In this document: positions 1 to 13,334 of the stretch, piece after piece | Layout: each line of letters starts with the position of its first letter | Numbering within the stretch: position 1 is the first letter of the stretch | Source of the DNA: Squalus acanthias | Taxonomy: Eukaryota | Direction of reading: 5' to 3' | NCBI GenBank assembly: GCA_030390025.1 | Contig: CM059430.1 | Location: 125,426,001 to 125,490,000, forward strand | DNA length: 64,000 nucleotides | Made by a program: the position numbers and the translations under genes | Notes under the pieces: generated by a model | Told to the model about the DNA's origin: nothing | What the model saw: the letters and a program-made list of their open reading frames with translations, nothing else | Databases searched by the model: none

Positions 1-432
1 AGACTGAAGAAGCTGGGGTTGTTCTCCTTAGAGCAGAGAAGATTGAAAGGAGATTTGATAGAGGTGTTCAAAATCATGAGGGGTCTGGACAGAGTAGATA
101 GAGAGAAACTGTTCCCATTGGCAGAATGGTCGAGAACCAGAGGGGACAGATTTAAGGTGATTGGCAAAAGAACCAAAGGCGACGTAAGAAAAAACTTTTT
201 TACGCAGCGAGTGGTTAGGATCTGGAATGCACTGCTTGAAAGGGTGTTGGGAGACAGACTCAATCATGGCTTTCAAAAAGGAATTGGATAAGTATCTCAA
301 GGAAAGAAATTTGCAGGGCTACAGGGAAAGGGTGGGGGAGTGGGACTAGCTGAAGTGCTCCTGCAGAGAGCTGACATGGGCTCGATGGGCCGAATGACCT
401 TCTTCCATGCTGTAACTATTCTATGATTCTAT
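1..432 (+). mobile_element. CR1-type LINE 3' fragment
   Basis: FSLEQRRLKGDLIEVFKIM...FFTQRVVRIWNAL ORF2 C-terminus, 3' UTR and (TTCTATGA)n-type tail. Confidence 0.92.
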
Positions 433-2901
433 CCCACTTCTCCACTACACCAGCTCATGCGATAGGGAAAACTTTTCTCTCATGCACTAATGCAGCAGTA
501 CAAGAAGGCCCCAGATGGAAGACATCAACCACATAACTTTGGCAATTACCAAATTTGTTGTGGTGTCTGAAGACAAGCAACAATAACCACAAGCAACTAC
601 GTTGCCAATGATTCTCATCCTCAGCCATTCCAGTGATGGTACTACAGTCACAATGATTCAGTGGAATATTTTTACCTAAAAAATGAGGGGCAGTCTTTAT
701 CAACAAGTGCTGGCACTACTTCATACGTATTGACACTCCTTCACTAGTCTTGTTAAAAGGTGCCATTGTGTCACCCATGTCTGACTTCATGACAAAAACA
801 AGGCACAACTGTTCAGCAGCTTTCTTGCCCCAGCATAAAAATTGGGCCTCTTTAAACTTCATTGCATTTGATGGATTTGTCTACAAATAGCAGGGGTCTA
901 CACCCCATAGGGTTACATAGAATTGCTAAAATTGATTGCATTTTGGTACAGAACCAGAGTTACAGGTTTGGCAGGCATAAAGCCATGATGTACCTTATTT
1001 AAAATCGATCATTAACTGAAGGCTCCTATTTAAACAGGAGAATATCAGAGATTATTAGAGTGTAATATACATCATGCATGTGTATTGCACAGGGTTCAAC
1101 AAACTTCTTAAAGAATCTGTCGCAATATGTTGTTACACAAAACAATCATGCAATAATCAGATTCAGTCTGCCATGATCTCATTCTCTCATCTTTTGCCTG
1201 TGGACTCCTTCAGTAAGAAGGGCCCTGAGTGGGAGAGTCTCTCCTTAAAAGAGGTCTTGAATGCAAGACTCCCACTTTAATCCTTATAGTGAAACTCCTC
1301 TTCAAAATGGGGATCAATTTTCCCAAAACATGATAATTAAGCATTATTGAGTGATTTGAGAAATGGACAAGTTGTAGTTAAGAGGAAATGGGATAGTTCT
1401 GCTGGGTTGAAGTAATGCTCACAACCCTTTGACAACCTCATTCTTGGTAGTGGCACAGAGAAAGTCAGCTCTCTTTAGTACTCAATATCTGTAGACAATT
1501 TTGCTTTGCTACAGTCCATGATTTTGTCTGAATTGCACACCCTGAATAATGAGTGGCTGAGATCACAATGTCTGGCCAGACAGCATGCCAAGATAAAAGA
1601 AAACTGGAAGTGGTTTAAACACTAATTTTAAAAATGGGATTACCCAGTGAGTAACAAACACGAGCAGATCATTATCTGCTAAACAGACCGAGGCTTTTAC
1701 TGATTTCCTCTTTTCTACTAGTTTTCATATTATTAATCACTTGCCCAAAAGCTGTGTTGTTGTTTGAGACAGATGTACAGTCATCAGAATCCTCTCCAAA
1801 ATCCAACAGTTATAAATAGTTCTGACCAGTGCTTAAAGACACTGCCCAACCTTTAGCCATACAGATCAGGAAAGTTCCAGTCTAGGCTGACTTAACTGCC
1901 AGAGCAGCCCTTGTGAGCTACGATTGCCTTGGGCTAGGGAGAGAAAAATCAGCCAGAGTTCCTGCCCCTGATCACTATCCATTGAACCCTGCTGAAAAGT
2001 GAGTGGATGTAATGTTGAGTGAGAAAAGGATCGAGTACAACGGTGACCCTCCACCTAACTGAACACCCGGCTGACACTCACAGTCTGGTGAGGAATCTGA
2101 TGGTGTCAGCACCTGAGCAATTGTACTCCAGTATGAGTTTGGATCTTCAGGACAGGGAGAGAACTGAGAAAAAAAATAGACCGAGGGTTAAAATAATCTA
2201 AATGGATCATTTAAAACAGTTGATACCATATTTCACTGCAGCAGGCGCACAGTCTTCTAGTTAGTGCTCTAGGTGGCCCAGGGAAATTGCTATCCACCAG
2301 CAGGAAGGGAACATCGGAGATTAATCCTATGTGGACTACTCGGATATATCTCAAGACCAGTTCAAGGTGGCACTGATGAAGGCCCAGGAGCCACTTGCAT
2401 GCCTTCTCAGTTAAGGCTGATGTGTGGCATGGGGAGACCAGAGGGCAGAAGAATAGAGAAGAGTCTGCAAACCTAGCACTTATTTCTGGGTTTGCAGAGA
2501 TTGGACAAAGCCACAAAATACACATTACATTAACAGTAACATGATTTTTTTATTCTGTGGAAAGTAAGAAATGGTTTCAGGGCCCAACATTCATACTAAA
2601 CTTTAAGAAAGCAGATCCAGCGTGATGTTTAATCGTGTTCCCAGAACAGAACTACAGATGGTAAGCATGCAAAATAAAGTTACACGTCCATATGTACATA
2701 CATATATTGAGATGTCATGATTCATGTGTATGTGAATGATCCACTTTGTTTGTTTGCAGATTGTCCACTCCAGTCTGAATAAAGGAACTACTTGACAAGC
2801 AAAATTTGGCCTGAAGCTTAGCCCTGAACAAGCATTCAATGGCCAGTTGTAATATGGTAATTCATTTCAAGAGTCTCATCTTGTGAAATTTCATTCAATA
2901 C

Positions 2902-3123
2902 CTTCTTGTAAGAAAGCTCCGTGTTCACAGGTCCTACGGTGCTGGTCCAGCCTTTAAACTTCTCTCCAGCCTCTTTTAGCAGGCCCTGGATTGTGTCCTC
3001 CATGTAGGCTATATAGTCCTTGACCCTGCCTTCAGGATGTCTCCTGAAGCCCTCCATGGGCAGAGGATGAGCATCAGCTGCAATGTAGGAGTTTTGTGAC
3101 TGTACCATTATATCATGCGGGAT
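2902..3123 (-). CDS. STARD8: STARD8-like exon, linker and start of START domain (IPHDIMVQSQNSY...EKFKGW...TELSYKK)
   Basis: 222-nt exon, phase 0 to 0; QGLLKEA.EKFKGW and ELSYKK motifs; no further START exon was found in 1-2900, so the gene continues outside the window. Confidence 0.95.
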
Positions 3124-3828
3124 CTGTCAGAAAGAAGGATTATGTAAAACTGTTCAAATTTCAGGTCTGCCTTAGATATTCTGAGGTACAATGGTGCAGG
3201 TGACTCCTTTAAGCGCTCCAAGTAGCTTACATTCAGGAGTGTGCCCACGCGGCCCAATATTTAATTATTCACACATATACCTTCATGTGCATTTCTCCAT
3301 TCTTTACATAGGCAACTGAAACACTTAGTGAGACAACACCAGATACAAATATTTAAGCTGCTTTATTTTACAGATAGCAAGTGAACATGCAGAGAAACAG
3401 ATGTAATCAAATCGGGGCCCCGATTTTAACCCGACCTGTCCGGCAAGGCAGGTCTGAGCTTCCCATTTGCTTCTCTGATTTTCTCCCCCCTTACCAATCC
3501 TCATTAAGCACTCACTGCTTATCATGGATGATGTTTTTGCTTCACTTCTTTAGACGGACAAACCACTTGAGGAAGAGGAGCAGCAACAGCAGGAGCCTGA
3601 AGAACCAGAACAAGCAGCAGGTGGGCCTGTAGAAGACTGCAGGCAAGGGGAGCTGCTCGTAAAAGGCTTTACCCAGACCAGGTAAATGCATTAACTCATT
3701 CATTACTAATATCACACAGTGCAATTTCAACCCATTCATCACTGTCACACGACCCTCCTTCACTCCTAATAGCCAAGTGTTGTGGAAAAGTGCCAAACTA
3801 TGAGCCCTAAAATCTGCTTTGATGGTAC

Positions 3829-3943
3829 CTGGAAAAGCTTCTTGCACTCTGCGATCATGTGACCCAGTCCCTCAGTTGCTCCCAGATTCTCGCTAAGGTC
3901 CCTTTGATCGGGCTTGCTCAGTACACCCCTCCGTCGGATTACC
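3829..3943 (-). CDS. STARD8: STARD8-like exon (VIRRRGVLSKPDQRDLSENLGATEGLGHMIAECKKLFQ)
   Basis: 115-nt exon, tttgtag acceptor, GTACC donor; KPDQ.DL.EN.AAT.GL.HMI.ECKKLFQ family motif. Confidence 0.96.
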
Positions 3944-4488
3944 CTACAAACAAGGCCAGGAAAAATGTGACAACAATCAGAAAACCCAGGCAAAGTTATA
4001 TAACACATACAGGCACATACGTAGGCATGATTGTTTCTGTGACCCAAACTATATCATACAGCGTCACATTAATCAGTTAGACAGATGTTACTTTGAGTTA
4101 CAACACAAATCTTCCACGTCTCACATCTGTGTCCACATTCAGTTAGGCAATGGAGATGAGGTTTGTCTCTCACTGATGGAGATTTTAGTTCTACAGTGGT
4201 TACTTCCCCTGTTCTTCCCTTCCTCCTGCATTCTACAAGCTTCTAAAATCTTAGCTTGACGTCAGATAATTATGACTTCTTGATTTACCTCATCTTCACT
4301 CCTACTCTTTACAATCTTGGTAGTGCCCTGCAAGATGGGCTTTGACCTGTCACCACGATTTCTTAATAAAAAGAAAACGGAGACAAAGTGATTACTGATG
4401 CCAACATCAGGCTGGTGGCAAGTCCGTCTTTCTTCCATCCCCAAAGAATACGACCAACAACAGAGTACCAGTGAAACGCAGAGCTCAC

Positions 4489-4699
4489 CTTGGCGAAGAA
4501 GTTTCTTTTTTCGGCACATTCAGGTGGAACAGAGATGGCGCAAGGCACACAGCCAGGTTTCCAGCAGTCATCTGGTTCTGCTGTACTGTCGCGATGTCAC
4601 TCAAGAAGTACAACAATGACTGAAGTACCTCACGGTTCTCGTCTGGCATCAGCACAATGGCAGCCTGAAGGGCTTGGAGACGTTGGTCCTTTGGCACAT
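4489..4699 (-). CDS. STARD8: STARD8-like RhoGAP exon (YVPKDQRLQAL...NQMTAGNLAVCLAPSLFHLN)
   Basis: 211-nt exon, ctctctcag acceptor, GTGAGC donor; RhoGAP C-terminal block N.M...NLA.C.APSL. Confidence 0.97.
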
Positions 4700-4854
4700 C
4701 TGAGAGAGGGAAAGGAGGATTCACACAAATGGAACTCTACATTCTTACTGCTTTAACATTCGATAACAGGACAATTCTACTGAACCATAATCCCATTGGA
4801 GGCTTAAGTACAACAAAAGACAGTACCTCCAAGCATGGGCCATAGGTATAACAA

Positions 4855-5195
4855 CTACAAGATGCACTGCAGCAACTTGCCAAGGCTTTTTCGACAGCCT
4901 CCCAAATCCACCACCTCTACCACCTAGAAGGACAAGGGCAGCAGGCGCATGGGAACACCACCACCTCCAAGTCACACAACATCCTGACTTGGAACTATAT
5001 CACCATTTCTTCATCGTCGCTGGATCAAAATCCTGGAACTCCCTACCTAACAGCACTGTGGGAGTACCTTCACCACATGGACTACAGCAGTTCAAGAAGG
5101 AGGCTCACCACCACCTTCTCACGGGCAATTAGGGATGGGCAATAAATGCTGGCCTTGCCAGTGATACCCACATCTTATGAATAAATTTTTAAAAA
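4855..5195 (+). mobile_element. LINE 3' fragment (same family as 49985 and 52310 copies)
   Basis: Reverse-complement match to the RT-bearing copies at 50-53 kb; ends in an A/T-rich tail. Confidence 0.85.
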
Positions 5196-5419
5196 TTTAC
5201 AAACTGAACGCTTCAGATACTATCAAAATAATTGTGAACATCACATCAAATTTGAGATTGTGTTTAATCTTTGAGACTCATTTCTACTGAAAAGAGCATC
5301 TCAAAACAAATATTGTTCAGATCATAGCTGTGGAGAATCTGGTTGAAGAACTAATCTGTGAACAAGGATTTCATCTTTGAGTGTCGCAGGTTCTCTAGTC
5401 TCTGCATCTAAAGAGCTCA

Positions 5420-5815
5420 ATTTCAGGGAACTGGATACCTTAGTGAGTTAAACACTGGTATTACACCTCTGGGACATGAACTAATAGCCAGCCGAACTGA
5501 TGGAATGGAATTCTCTTCTGTCTATTGGTTATATGGGATCGACATGAAATGAGTGTAGGACAATCTCACCCCAGTTCCTAGTGGGCAATGCCCCACAGCA
5601 GAAATTGGCGCTAAATTGTCAATTTCTCTTATAGAATGGCTGGTGCGAGAAACGGAAATCTCACACTGGCACTGGCACAGTATTGCCTCGGGAACTTTAC
5701 TCTACAGTTTCCTGCGCTGTGCCAGACACAGATGTGCTTATGCTGACTTAGTACTCTAAATGGGAAAGCATTTTATTCCCAAGCACCGATACCACTCACC
5801 TTGATAAATGGGGTA
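5420..5815 (+). mobile_element. LF-SINE-like ancient SINE; related copies near 40565-40860, 51030-51490, 55590-55900, 56530-57180
   Basis: TGAAATGAG...CCAGTTCCTAGTGG...CACAGCA...TGGC.CTAAATTG block resembles the LF-SINE core as I recall it; shared ACTTTACTCT..ATCTAAC 3' motif across copies. Confidence 0.55.
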
Positions 5816-5893
5816 ACAAAGCTCAACTCAATTACAAGGAAAACAGTTCAGTAACTTTAAGATGTTCAGAATGTTGACTAGGATAAGACATAT

Positions 5894-6646
5894 TGGCCCA
5901 AAAATTCGGCCCTTCCCGGGTGAGTACACAGTCCGTACTCACCCGTATTGCTTCCTGAAGTGCCGGTTTCCTGCATGCACGGGAAACCGGAACTTCCGGT
6001 ATGGTGAAGGGGGCAGTTCCTAGGTGAACCGCGTGCACGCTAGAGGCTGCGCGCACACAGCACACTTAGATTTTTTTTCAGGTTTCTACGCGAGGGTAAG
6101 TATTGAAGATACTATGCTAATAAAAAGGAGGCGTAAGACCCCTTTTGAACAAGGTAAGTGGTTAATTAAGTATAATTTTAAAAATTTTTCAACAGGTTTA
6201 TCTTTTTTTAGATACTTTAAAGAAAGGTAAGTTTATTTTTATAACTTTTAAAAAGTATTTTAATTTTTTCAAAAATTTAAATTTTTGTTTAAAGTGGTTA
6301 ATTTATTTAACTATAGTTATTTTATAAATGTGATGTTTTTTTTTATTTATTTTAAGTTTAGCTGTTCTTTTGGGGCCGATTTCAATTCACAGATTTGACA
6401 GGTCTCCTGTCAAATCTATGAATGAAAGATGGTCTGCTGCCATTGGCTCTCCATGGCACACGTGATCCCAGGGGTCGCATCGCACTAACTGCGCCCCTGG
6501 AACACGCACACACTGCGCGCCGGCAGTTGGGAGAGGCCCAGGACCCGACGTTCCCGTGGGCCCAAAACACAACGGCAGGCGCAGTAGGTAAGAGCGCGCG
6601 CGATCCTTACCCCCACGGCAAGCCGGACACGCGAATTTCTGGGCCA
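5894..6646. mobile_element. Non-autonomous DNA transposon (Harbinger-like MITE), copy 1
   Basis: TIRs TGGCCCAAAAATTCG / CGAATTTCTGGGCCA; ATT on both flanks of GGCCC..GGGCC; GC-rich ends, AT-rich core; near-identical copy at 18705. Confidence 0.9.
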
Positions 6647-6703
6647 TTATAACTCATTACAAGGCGAAAGGGGGAAAATATGCATTTTCTTTATTTCACT
6701 CAC

Positions 6704-6902
6704 ACTGATAGATCTGTAGAAAGGTTTCTGTCAGTTTGCTGGTGAAGATGGGTTCTGGAAGGTCCCGGAAATACTGCTTTAACATGTCCGCTACATCGAA
6801 TGCTGACTGACCATGGTAATTAACATTGTCGGGATTGTTTTCATTCATCTGCCTCAGGGCCTGGATTCGAGATTTCACCCCTGACTTCCTGAAGATGCCG
6901 AC
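6704..6902 (-). CDS. STARD8: STARD8-like RhoGAP exon with arginine finger (VGIFRKSGVKSRIQALR...KQYFRDLPEPIF)
   Basis: 199-nt exon, GTGAGT donor; catalytic GIFRKSG and KQYFRDLPEP motifs intact. Confidence 0.97.
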
Positions 6903-7562
6903 CTGTTTATAAAATATAAATACAATTTGTGGCCATCTTTCTACTCCAATCAACTCAAACCATTTTTATTGAGGGGGAAACTTCCTAAATATACAACACT
7001 GGCAGCAGGCAACTGGTCAGTGTCCATCACATACCAGCACTTAATTATAAAGAGGCTATGGACATCAGACATTGCAACATCAAGGACATGCTGCAATATT
7101 GCAGAGGGCCAGCCATGTATAATGAGCTGGAGAGGATATCAGAGACAATTTCAAGATTTGTCACAGGGAAGAAAAGGACATAACCTGTCCCAAAAAAGGG
7201 GGGTTTTGCCACATCCCCTTCATCCTCTCCAGTGATTGAACCGATGCAGAAGGCACCTAAAAGGTACAGGTTAATCTGGAGCCTTGGTGTAAAGATGCAA
7301 GTAGCCGGGGGAGTTCAATTAATTAGCTTAACTACCTTAACCATTTTTTTTTAATGGTTTACTGCTAGCTGTCTCTTTTTACTGTGAGGGGAATGTCTTG
7401 GAGAAATGGGATTAGATAAACCCCAGTCAGGAAACTGGCACCAGAATAAACATGATGCACTGGATGGCCTTGTCCTGTAACAACATTTCTATGATCCTAT
7501 AGCTGCTATGTGTAGTGAAGTTACTTAACTCAATACACTGCTCCACCTAACAGTGGGAGACT

Positions 7563-9233
7563 TGAAATAAAAACAGAAAATGCTGGAGATACTTAGCAGG
7601 TCAGGCAGCATCTGTGACGAGAGAAACAGAGTTAACGTTTCAGGTCGATGACCTTTCGTCAGAACTGGAAAAAAATCAGGAAATGGAACAGATTTTTAAG
7701 CAAGTGCAGGGGCTGGAAAAGGTGGGAGGGGATGAAAGAACAAAAGGGAAGGTCTGTGATAGGATAGAAGGCAGGAGAGGTTAAGAGACATTAAGAGATA
7801 TTCAAGGCAAAAGGAGATGGTAATGGGACAGGTTAAGAAACAAAGGATGGCTCTCGATGAAGTGTGAATTGCGCTGGCAGAATGAAAGACAGCTGCCATG
7901 TGGGAGAGAAGAAAAAAAGACAGACAAACAGTGTGGATGAAAAATATATATATATATATATATATAGGGGCCGAGGTTATGATCTGAAATTGGTGAACTC
8001 TATGTTGAGTCCAGAAGGCTGTAAAGTGCCTAATTGAAAGATGAGGTGCTGTTCCTCGAGCTTCCGCTGAGCTTCAGTGGAACAATGCAGGAGGCCGAGG
8101 ACGGTGAGGTCTGAGTGGGAATGGTGCGAAGAATTAAAAAGTGACAGGCGACCGGAAGCTCGGGGTCCCCCTTACGGACTGAACGGATGTGTGCCGCAAA
8201 GCGGTTACCCAATCTGCGTTTGGTCTCCCCAATGTAGAGGAGACCACATCGTGAGCAGCGAATACAGTGTATTAAATTGCAAGAAGTACAAGTAAATCGC
8301 TGCTTCACCTGGAAGGGGTGTTTGGGGCCCTGGACAGTGGGAAGGGAGGAGGTAAAAGGGCATGTGTTGCATCTCCTGCGCTTGCACAGGAAGGTGCAGG
8401 GCAAAGGGGAAGGGGTGTTGGGGGTGATAGAGGAGTGGACCAGGGTGTCGCGGAGGGAGCGGTCCCTGCGGAATGCTGAAAGGGGAGATGAGGGGAAGAT
8501 GTGTTTGGTGGTGGGATCACGCTGGAGGTGGCGGAAATGGCGGAGGATGATCCGTTGAATGTGGAGGCTGGTGGGGTGAAAGGTGAGGACAAGGGGAACT
8601 CTATCGTGGTTCTGGGAGGGAGGGGCAGGGGTGAGGGCAGAAGTGCGGGAGATAGAACAGACACGGTCAAGGGCCGTGTCAACCACAGTAGAGAGGAATC
8701 CTCGGTTGAGGAAAAAGGAAGACATGTCGGAAGCACTGGTATGGAAGGTGGCATCGTCAGAGCAGATGCGGCGGAGACGGAGAAACTGGGAGAATGGAAT
8801 AGAGTCCTTACAGGAAGCGGGGTGGGAGGAAGTGTAGTCCAGGTAGCTGTGGGAGTCAGTGGGCTTGTAGTGAATGTTTGTCAATAACCTATCCCCAGAG
8901 ATGGAGATGGACCATGTGAAGGTGAGGGAAGAGTGGAAATTGGAAGCAAAGTGAATGAAATTATCTAGTTCAGGGTGAGAGCAGGAAACGGCACCGATAC
9001 AGTCATCAATGTACCGGAAAAAGAGGTGAGGGAGGGGACCTGAGTAGGACTGGAACAAAGAGTGTTCCACATATCCCACGAAAAGGCAGGCATAGCTAGG
9101 ACCCATGAGGGTTCCCATAGCAACACCTTTGATTTGGAGGAAGTGAGTGGACTCAAAGGAGAAGTTGTTCAATATGAGAACAAGTTCAGCCAGGCGGAGG
9201 AGGGTGGTGGTGGATGGGAACTGGTCGGGCCTC
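7563..9233 (-). mobile_element. 5'-truncated Penelope-like retroelement (RT + GIY-YIG endonuclease) with 3' pLTR
   Basis: ORF 8030..9172: GVAMGT.MGPSYACLF, FRYIDD RT motifs; C..C and CIRCSRCGLLYIGETKRRL..R..H GIY-YIG; internal deletion and frameshift near the end; pLTR at about 7563-7670. Confidence 0.93.
7630..7666 (-). ncRNA. Minimal type I hammerhead ribozyme motif in Penelope pLTR
   Basis: AGUU-CUGACGA-A-AGGUC(AUC)GACCU-GAAA-CG-UU-AACU: conserved core, 5-bp stem II, palindromic ACGU stem III, stem I AGUU/AACU. Confidence 0.75.
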
Positions 9234-10104
9234 TGGGAGACTTCCTGTTCTTTGGAGGGGAAGGGGGTTATATCCTCCTATTTTTTTCAAAGTAATTTCT
9301 CCCAGCTCTTTTTCTGGTCTTTCCAAGCCATTCACTAGCTGCAGTCCAGTTAAGAGTGCCCATGGATGACCTTTGTCCCGGCCTCAGCCTGGAACATTCA
9401 TGACTCAGCCACTGGGAGATCTACAAGATTAGCCTAATGATGACTCTACTTCTTACTTTTTCCTCTTTTCTATCCTTCTTTCAAACTTAGCTCATGGCTT
9501 ACCGAGAGTGACAGAATGGAGATTGTCAACTCATCGTGTGGGAACTCATACCTGCAAAACCACGTCCAACCCCTCCAAAATGCCACACGTTGGCACAGCA
9601 ACATGTTGCGCCATCGCACAATTCCATTAAGAAACTTTCACCACCTGTCTGGGCTGGAGTCAAACCAAGGTGCCAGCGTTGCAAGGATATCAGTAGTTAT
9701 CGAATGTTTCTGTGAGGCACTTCCTGCAACTATTAATATACTTCCCAGAACTCCCTACAATTATTGGCATAGTTTTGGTCACCCCCCCCCACCCCCCCCA
9801 CAACTACCCACAAAAACACTGCGATCACAGCAGAAAATGATTTTCAATTAGTATGCAGTGCGAGAAATAATATGCTAATAACTCAACATATATAGAAACA
9901 TTTAGAAGGCATCTGATGATGTGAGGGACCAGGATCTCCTCACAGACCCTCTATGGTTCAGGGATCCCAGTCTGAAAACCTATATTGTATCTAACTCTGT
10001 GGCATCTCGTTCTGTGTAACTTCTGCTGTTAATGATGTCCAAAGAGAATCCTTCTTTGGAACATTACAACTAGTTCTGATTTGCAGCAGGACATGCAGAC
10101 GCAC

Positions 10105-10264
10105 CTGGCCCATGCACTGACTGCGCAGGTAGCGCATGGCTTGTTGGATGCTTTGAGGTAGCGGCTGTCCCGACCTCTTGACATTTACTATTGGCGGAAC
10201 ACCAAACACGTTTTTGCCTCTGTAATCTGGTTCCTTGCTCCTTTTCATGAACTTGGGAATGCCC
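10105..10264 (-). CDS. STARD8: STARD8-like exon, start of RhoGAP (GIPKFMKRSKEPDYRGKNVFGVP...RYLRSQCMGQ)
   Basis: 160-nt exon, ctcccccacag acceptor, GTGCGT donor; VFGVP and GQPLPQSIQQAMRYLR motifs. Confidence 0.97.
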
Positions 10265-10517
10265 CTGTGGGGGAGAAAGAGCATAAGAATCAATAAGGCA
10301 CCAAAACCCTGTGGATTAGTGACAACATTTAGACAATTAAAATTACAATAGGCCTAATTACTGACAAAATCCCCTTAAGACTTCCTCTTGTCCTTGTGAT
10401 CTGATAGATGGTCTTTATCCTTTGACCCATCTCTCTCTAACACAACCTTTCTTGTATATTTCTATTTTTTCAACATTATTAAAGTCATCGCTCATTCCTC
10501 CTAAGCTCCAAGTATAT

Positions 10518-11083
10518 GGGGTCCAAATCTCCTGGCCCCTTTCTGCCCTGTTACTGGACAGGTATAGGATGGATGCCTGTTGAGGCCGAGCTGAGGCCAT
10601 GTTTGGTGCATTGCGCCATTAATATGACCCGGTTGCACCCCCGATACACGTCCAGCAGAGAGTTGTGTCTGCAAATGGAGGGGGGAAAGTGGAGCACAGT
10701 AGCAGACCTGTAAGGCCCGAAGGCCCAAAGATCTAATGGGTGCTGAAACAAAAATACTCCACCAACCTTTGGGGTCCTCTTTGGCTTGCAGCTGGGCAGA
10801 CATTCCCATCTGAGGAGGCTCCCAGTGTAAGGCCCAGCACCAGTTATTTGCATCTGGGTGTCCCTGATCTGCAACTAGATTAAATTGAAGCGGGAGGCTG
10901 TGAGCATCCCGTTCCGCCTCATTAACATCTGAACACTGGCTCTGCACTAACTGCAGGTGGAGGTTTAGTGCTATCCACTTTCCTTTCCAGACTTCAAAGA
11001 GAAAAGATCGGGCGAGCTGTATAATGGGCGGCCGATTCGCTGTCGCCCGTTTTGCGGCCCCACCAAAGTTGAATTTCACGCCC
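10518..11083. mobile_element. Degenerate Harbinger-like non-autonomous element
   Basis: GGGGTCCAAAT start and TTGAATTTCACGCCC end; right end matches the 113-bp MITE at 49602. Confidence 0.6.
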
Positions 11084-12159
11084 TAAATCTTACTTTAGGC
11101 TTTTGACTTCTAGACCCTGTCCTCTAGTTCTGGTCTTGCATTCCAAACTCCTTCCCTTCTCACAGATTGTTTGCCTTTCTTTACAGTACACCTCTCGCTT
11201 TGCTTTTTACACAAAGAATTTCAATCGAAGCTGTTTCCACCCTTTGTGAGTTTTTAAACAATTCAACCACCGCACCACCCCACCCCCCCCCCCAGCTCAT
11301 TTTCCACATTTCCCCTCTCTCACTGCTGTCATGTGACACAGCCTATATCCATTCCTCACAGCTGCAAGGAGGAAACCATCTGCAATATTCCGAGGGTCAA
11401 TGGCTGTGGTTGGACTGGCTCCAAGTCCTGTGGATTCCTGTTATTGTACATTCTCTGCCTGGTTACAGTAAGCATGAAGAGACACAATAGCAGGGCTCGT
11501 ATCCAATGGGATGCTTTTTATCCTCAAGGAAACATTGGGGATGAATCCTCTTGAATCACCAGGATGCAGTCCGGTGACCCCAAGTGCACGGCCAGCTCCT
11601 GCAGCCACTGTGGAGATTCTAATTATCGAATGCCCCAGGAAGGGAATGTTCCAGCAATTCACGATCAGAAATAATCTGACTTTACTGCAGCTTCAAGGCC
11701 ACAAGTTCAAATGTCACTGAACACCAACGGGTAGTTTCACTGAGTAATGAGACATGGATCATACCCAGAGACCTTGATCAGAGGGAGAGACAACCCTACA
11801 CCTCGCTCATACATTTCCTGGAGGCTGGATTCACATCCTTAGTGGAAGAAGTCTGGCAGCTTATTTCCCACCTATCCTCTTGACCAAAGCACGAGCAAAT
11901 CAAGAACAAAGACAGCAACAAAACAATCAGGTTCTCCCAGTGGCTCAAGCGGACACCATTCAGAGTGGCACTGAGCCAAGGTTTCAGGTTTGATCCCCAT
12001 TCCGCATTGAATGAGTTGGGGTGGCAGTAAAAGAGAGTGGTCAAGCCGAGAGGAGAAATATAACCCAGAATTCCTGCTCCTGATCACTTTGCCGTCAGAA
12101 CTGCGTGTTTGTGATATCTCTGAATATTATTGAGAAAACACAAGTAGTGTGTTTCACGG

Positions 12160-12630
12160 ATAGGAACATAGGAACAGGAGTAGGCCATTGAGCCCCTCGA
12201 GCCTGTTCCACTATTCAATGAGATCATGGCTGATCTGTGACCCAACTCCATATACCTGCCTTTGGCCCTTATCCCTTAATACCTTTGGTTAACAAAAATC
12301 TATCAATCTCAGGTTTAAAATTAACAATTGATCTAGCATCAATTGCCATTTGCGGAAGAGAGTTCCAAACTTCTACCACCCTTTGTGTGTAGAAGTGTTT
12401 CCTAATTTCACTCCTGAAAGGTCTGGCTCTAATTTTTAGGCTATGCCCCCTAGTCCTAGACTCCCCAACCAGCGGAAATAGTTTCTCTCCATCTACCCTA
12501 TCTGTTCCCCTTAATATCTTGAAAACTTCGATCAGATCACCCCTTAACCTTCTAAATTCCAGGGATACAATCCTAATTTGTGTAATCTCGCCTCGTAATT
12601 TAACCCTTGGAGTCCTGGTATCATTCTGAT
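12160..12630 (-). mobile_element. CR1-type LINE 3' fragment
   Basis: SLEFRRLRGDLIEVFKIL...FYTQRVVEVWNSLP; (TAGGAACA)n tail on the + strand. Confidence 0.92.
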
Positions 12631-13160
12631 GTGACATGTCTTAGGGTTCAGATGACCCTTATGACATATCATCAGGAATCAATTGTTCTTTATATTAACT
12701 ATCCAATCCCCTGAATTAAATTCCAGTCTACAAGTCACTCTTGGGTATTTGTTTTGCTATGTAAAAACCATTTAAATCCCGCGATTAGATTCCAGCCTGT
12801 GACTCACTTTTGGTATCTATTGCTTTGCATGTAATTCCCTGGATGATGTACAATAGGTTTCATATTGTTCCCATTTACAAAGGATTAATATTGCTGTGTT
12901 TGGAGAGTTCTGCATGTCGCTTTCCATGCTTCCTTTGGGTGACATACACTTCATGTCTAATCAGAATTAGTTACAGGTCTAATTCTGCCGCACAATACAA
13001 GCAGAGAGGAGATAAACACTGCAATTTCTCTCATGGCCCTGGAGCCCGCGTTCAAATTCTGCTATTTGCTTTGGCTTTCAAACATCTGACAGATGCAGCA
13101 AACGAGAACAGAGAGTGATGCCCCCTGCCCACCCCATATAAATAAATCTTAGATACTGAC

Positions 13161-13334
13161 CAGTTCCAGCCCTGCTTGCTGCGGACAGCGTATCTTTCCA
13201 TGATGGCGGTCAGGCGCAGTAAGGAGAATCGCTGCAAGAGGTTGAGCTGAGCTGCCGACTGTCTGTTGATTTCCAATGAAGCAGAGTTCAGGCTTGGACG
13301 GTGAGAGTTCTGGAAACTGTGCCAGCGCAGCTTC
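13161..13334 (-). CDS. STARD8: STARD8-like exon (KLRWHSFQNSHRPSLNSASLEINRQ...KQGWNW)
   Basis: 174-nt exon, phase 2 to 2; KLRWHSFQNSHRPSLNS.SLEINRQ resembles STARD8 more than DLC1/STARD13. Confidence 0.96.

Noticed and set aside
433-2900. Remaining START-domain exons
   Set aside because: No LWK/ERHLWD-type motifs found on the minus strand by eye; they probably lie outside the window
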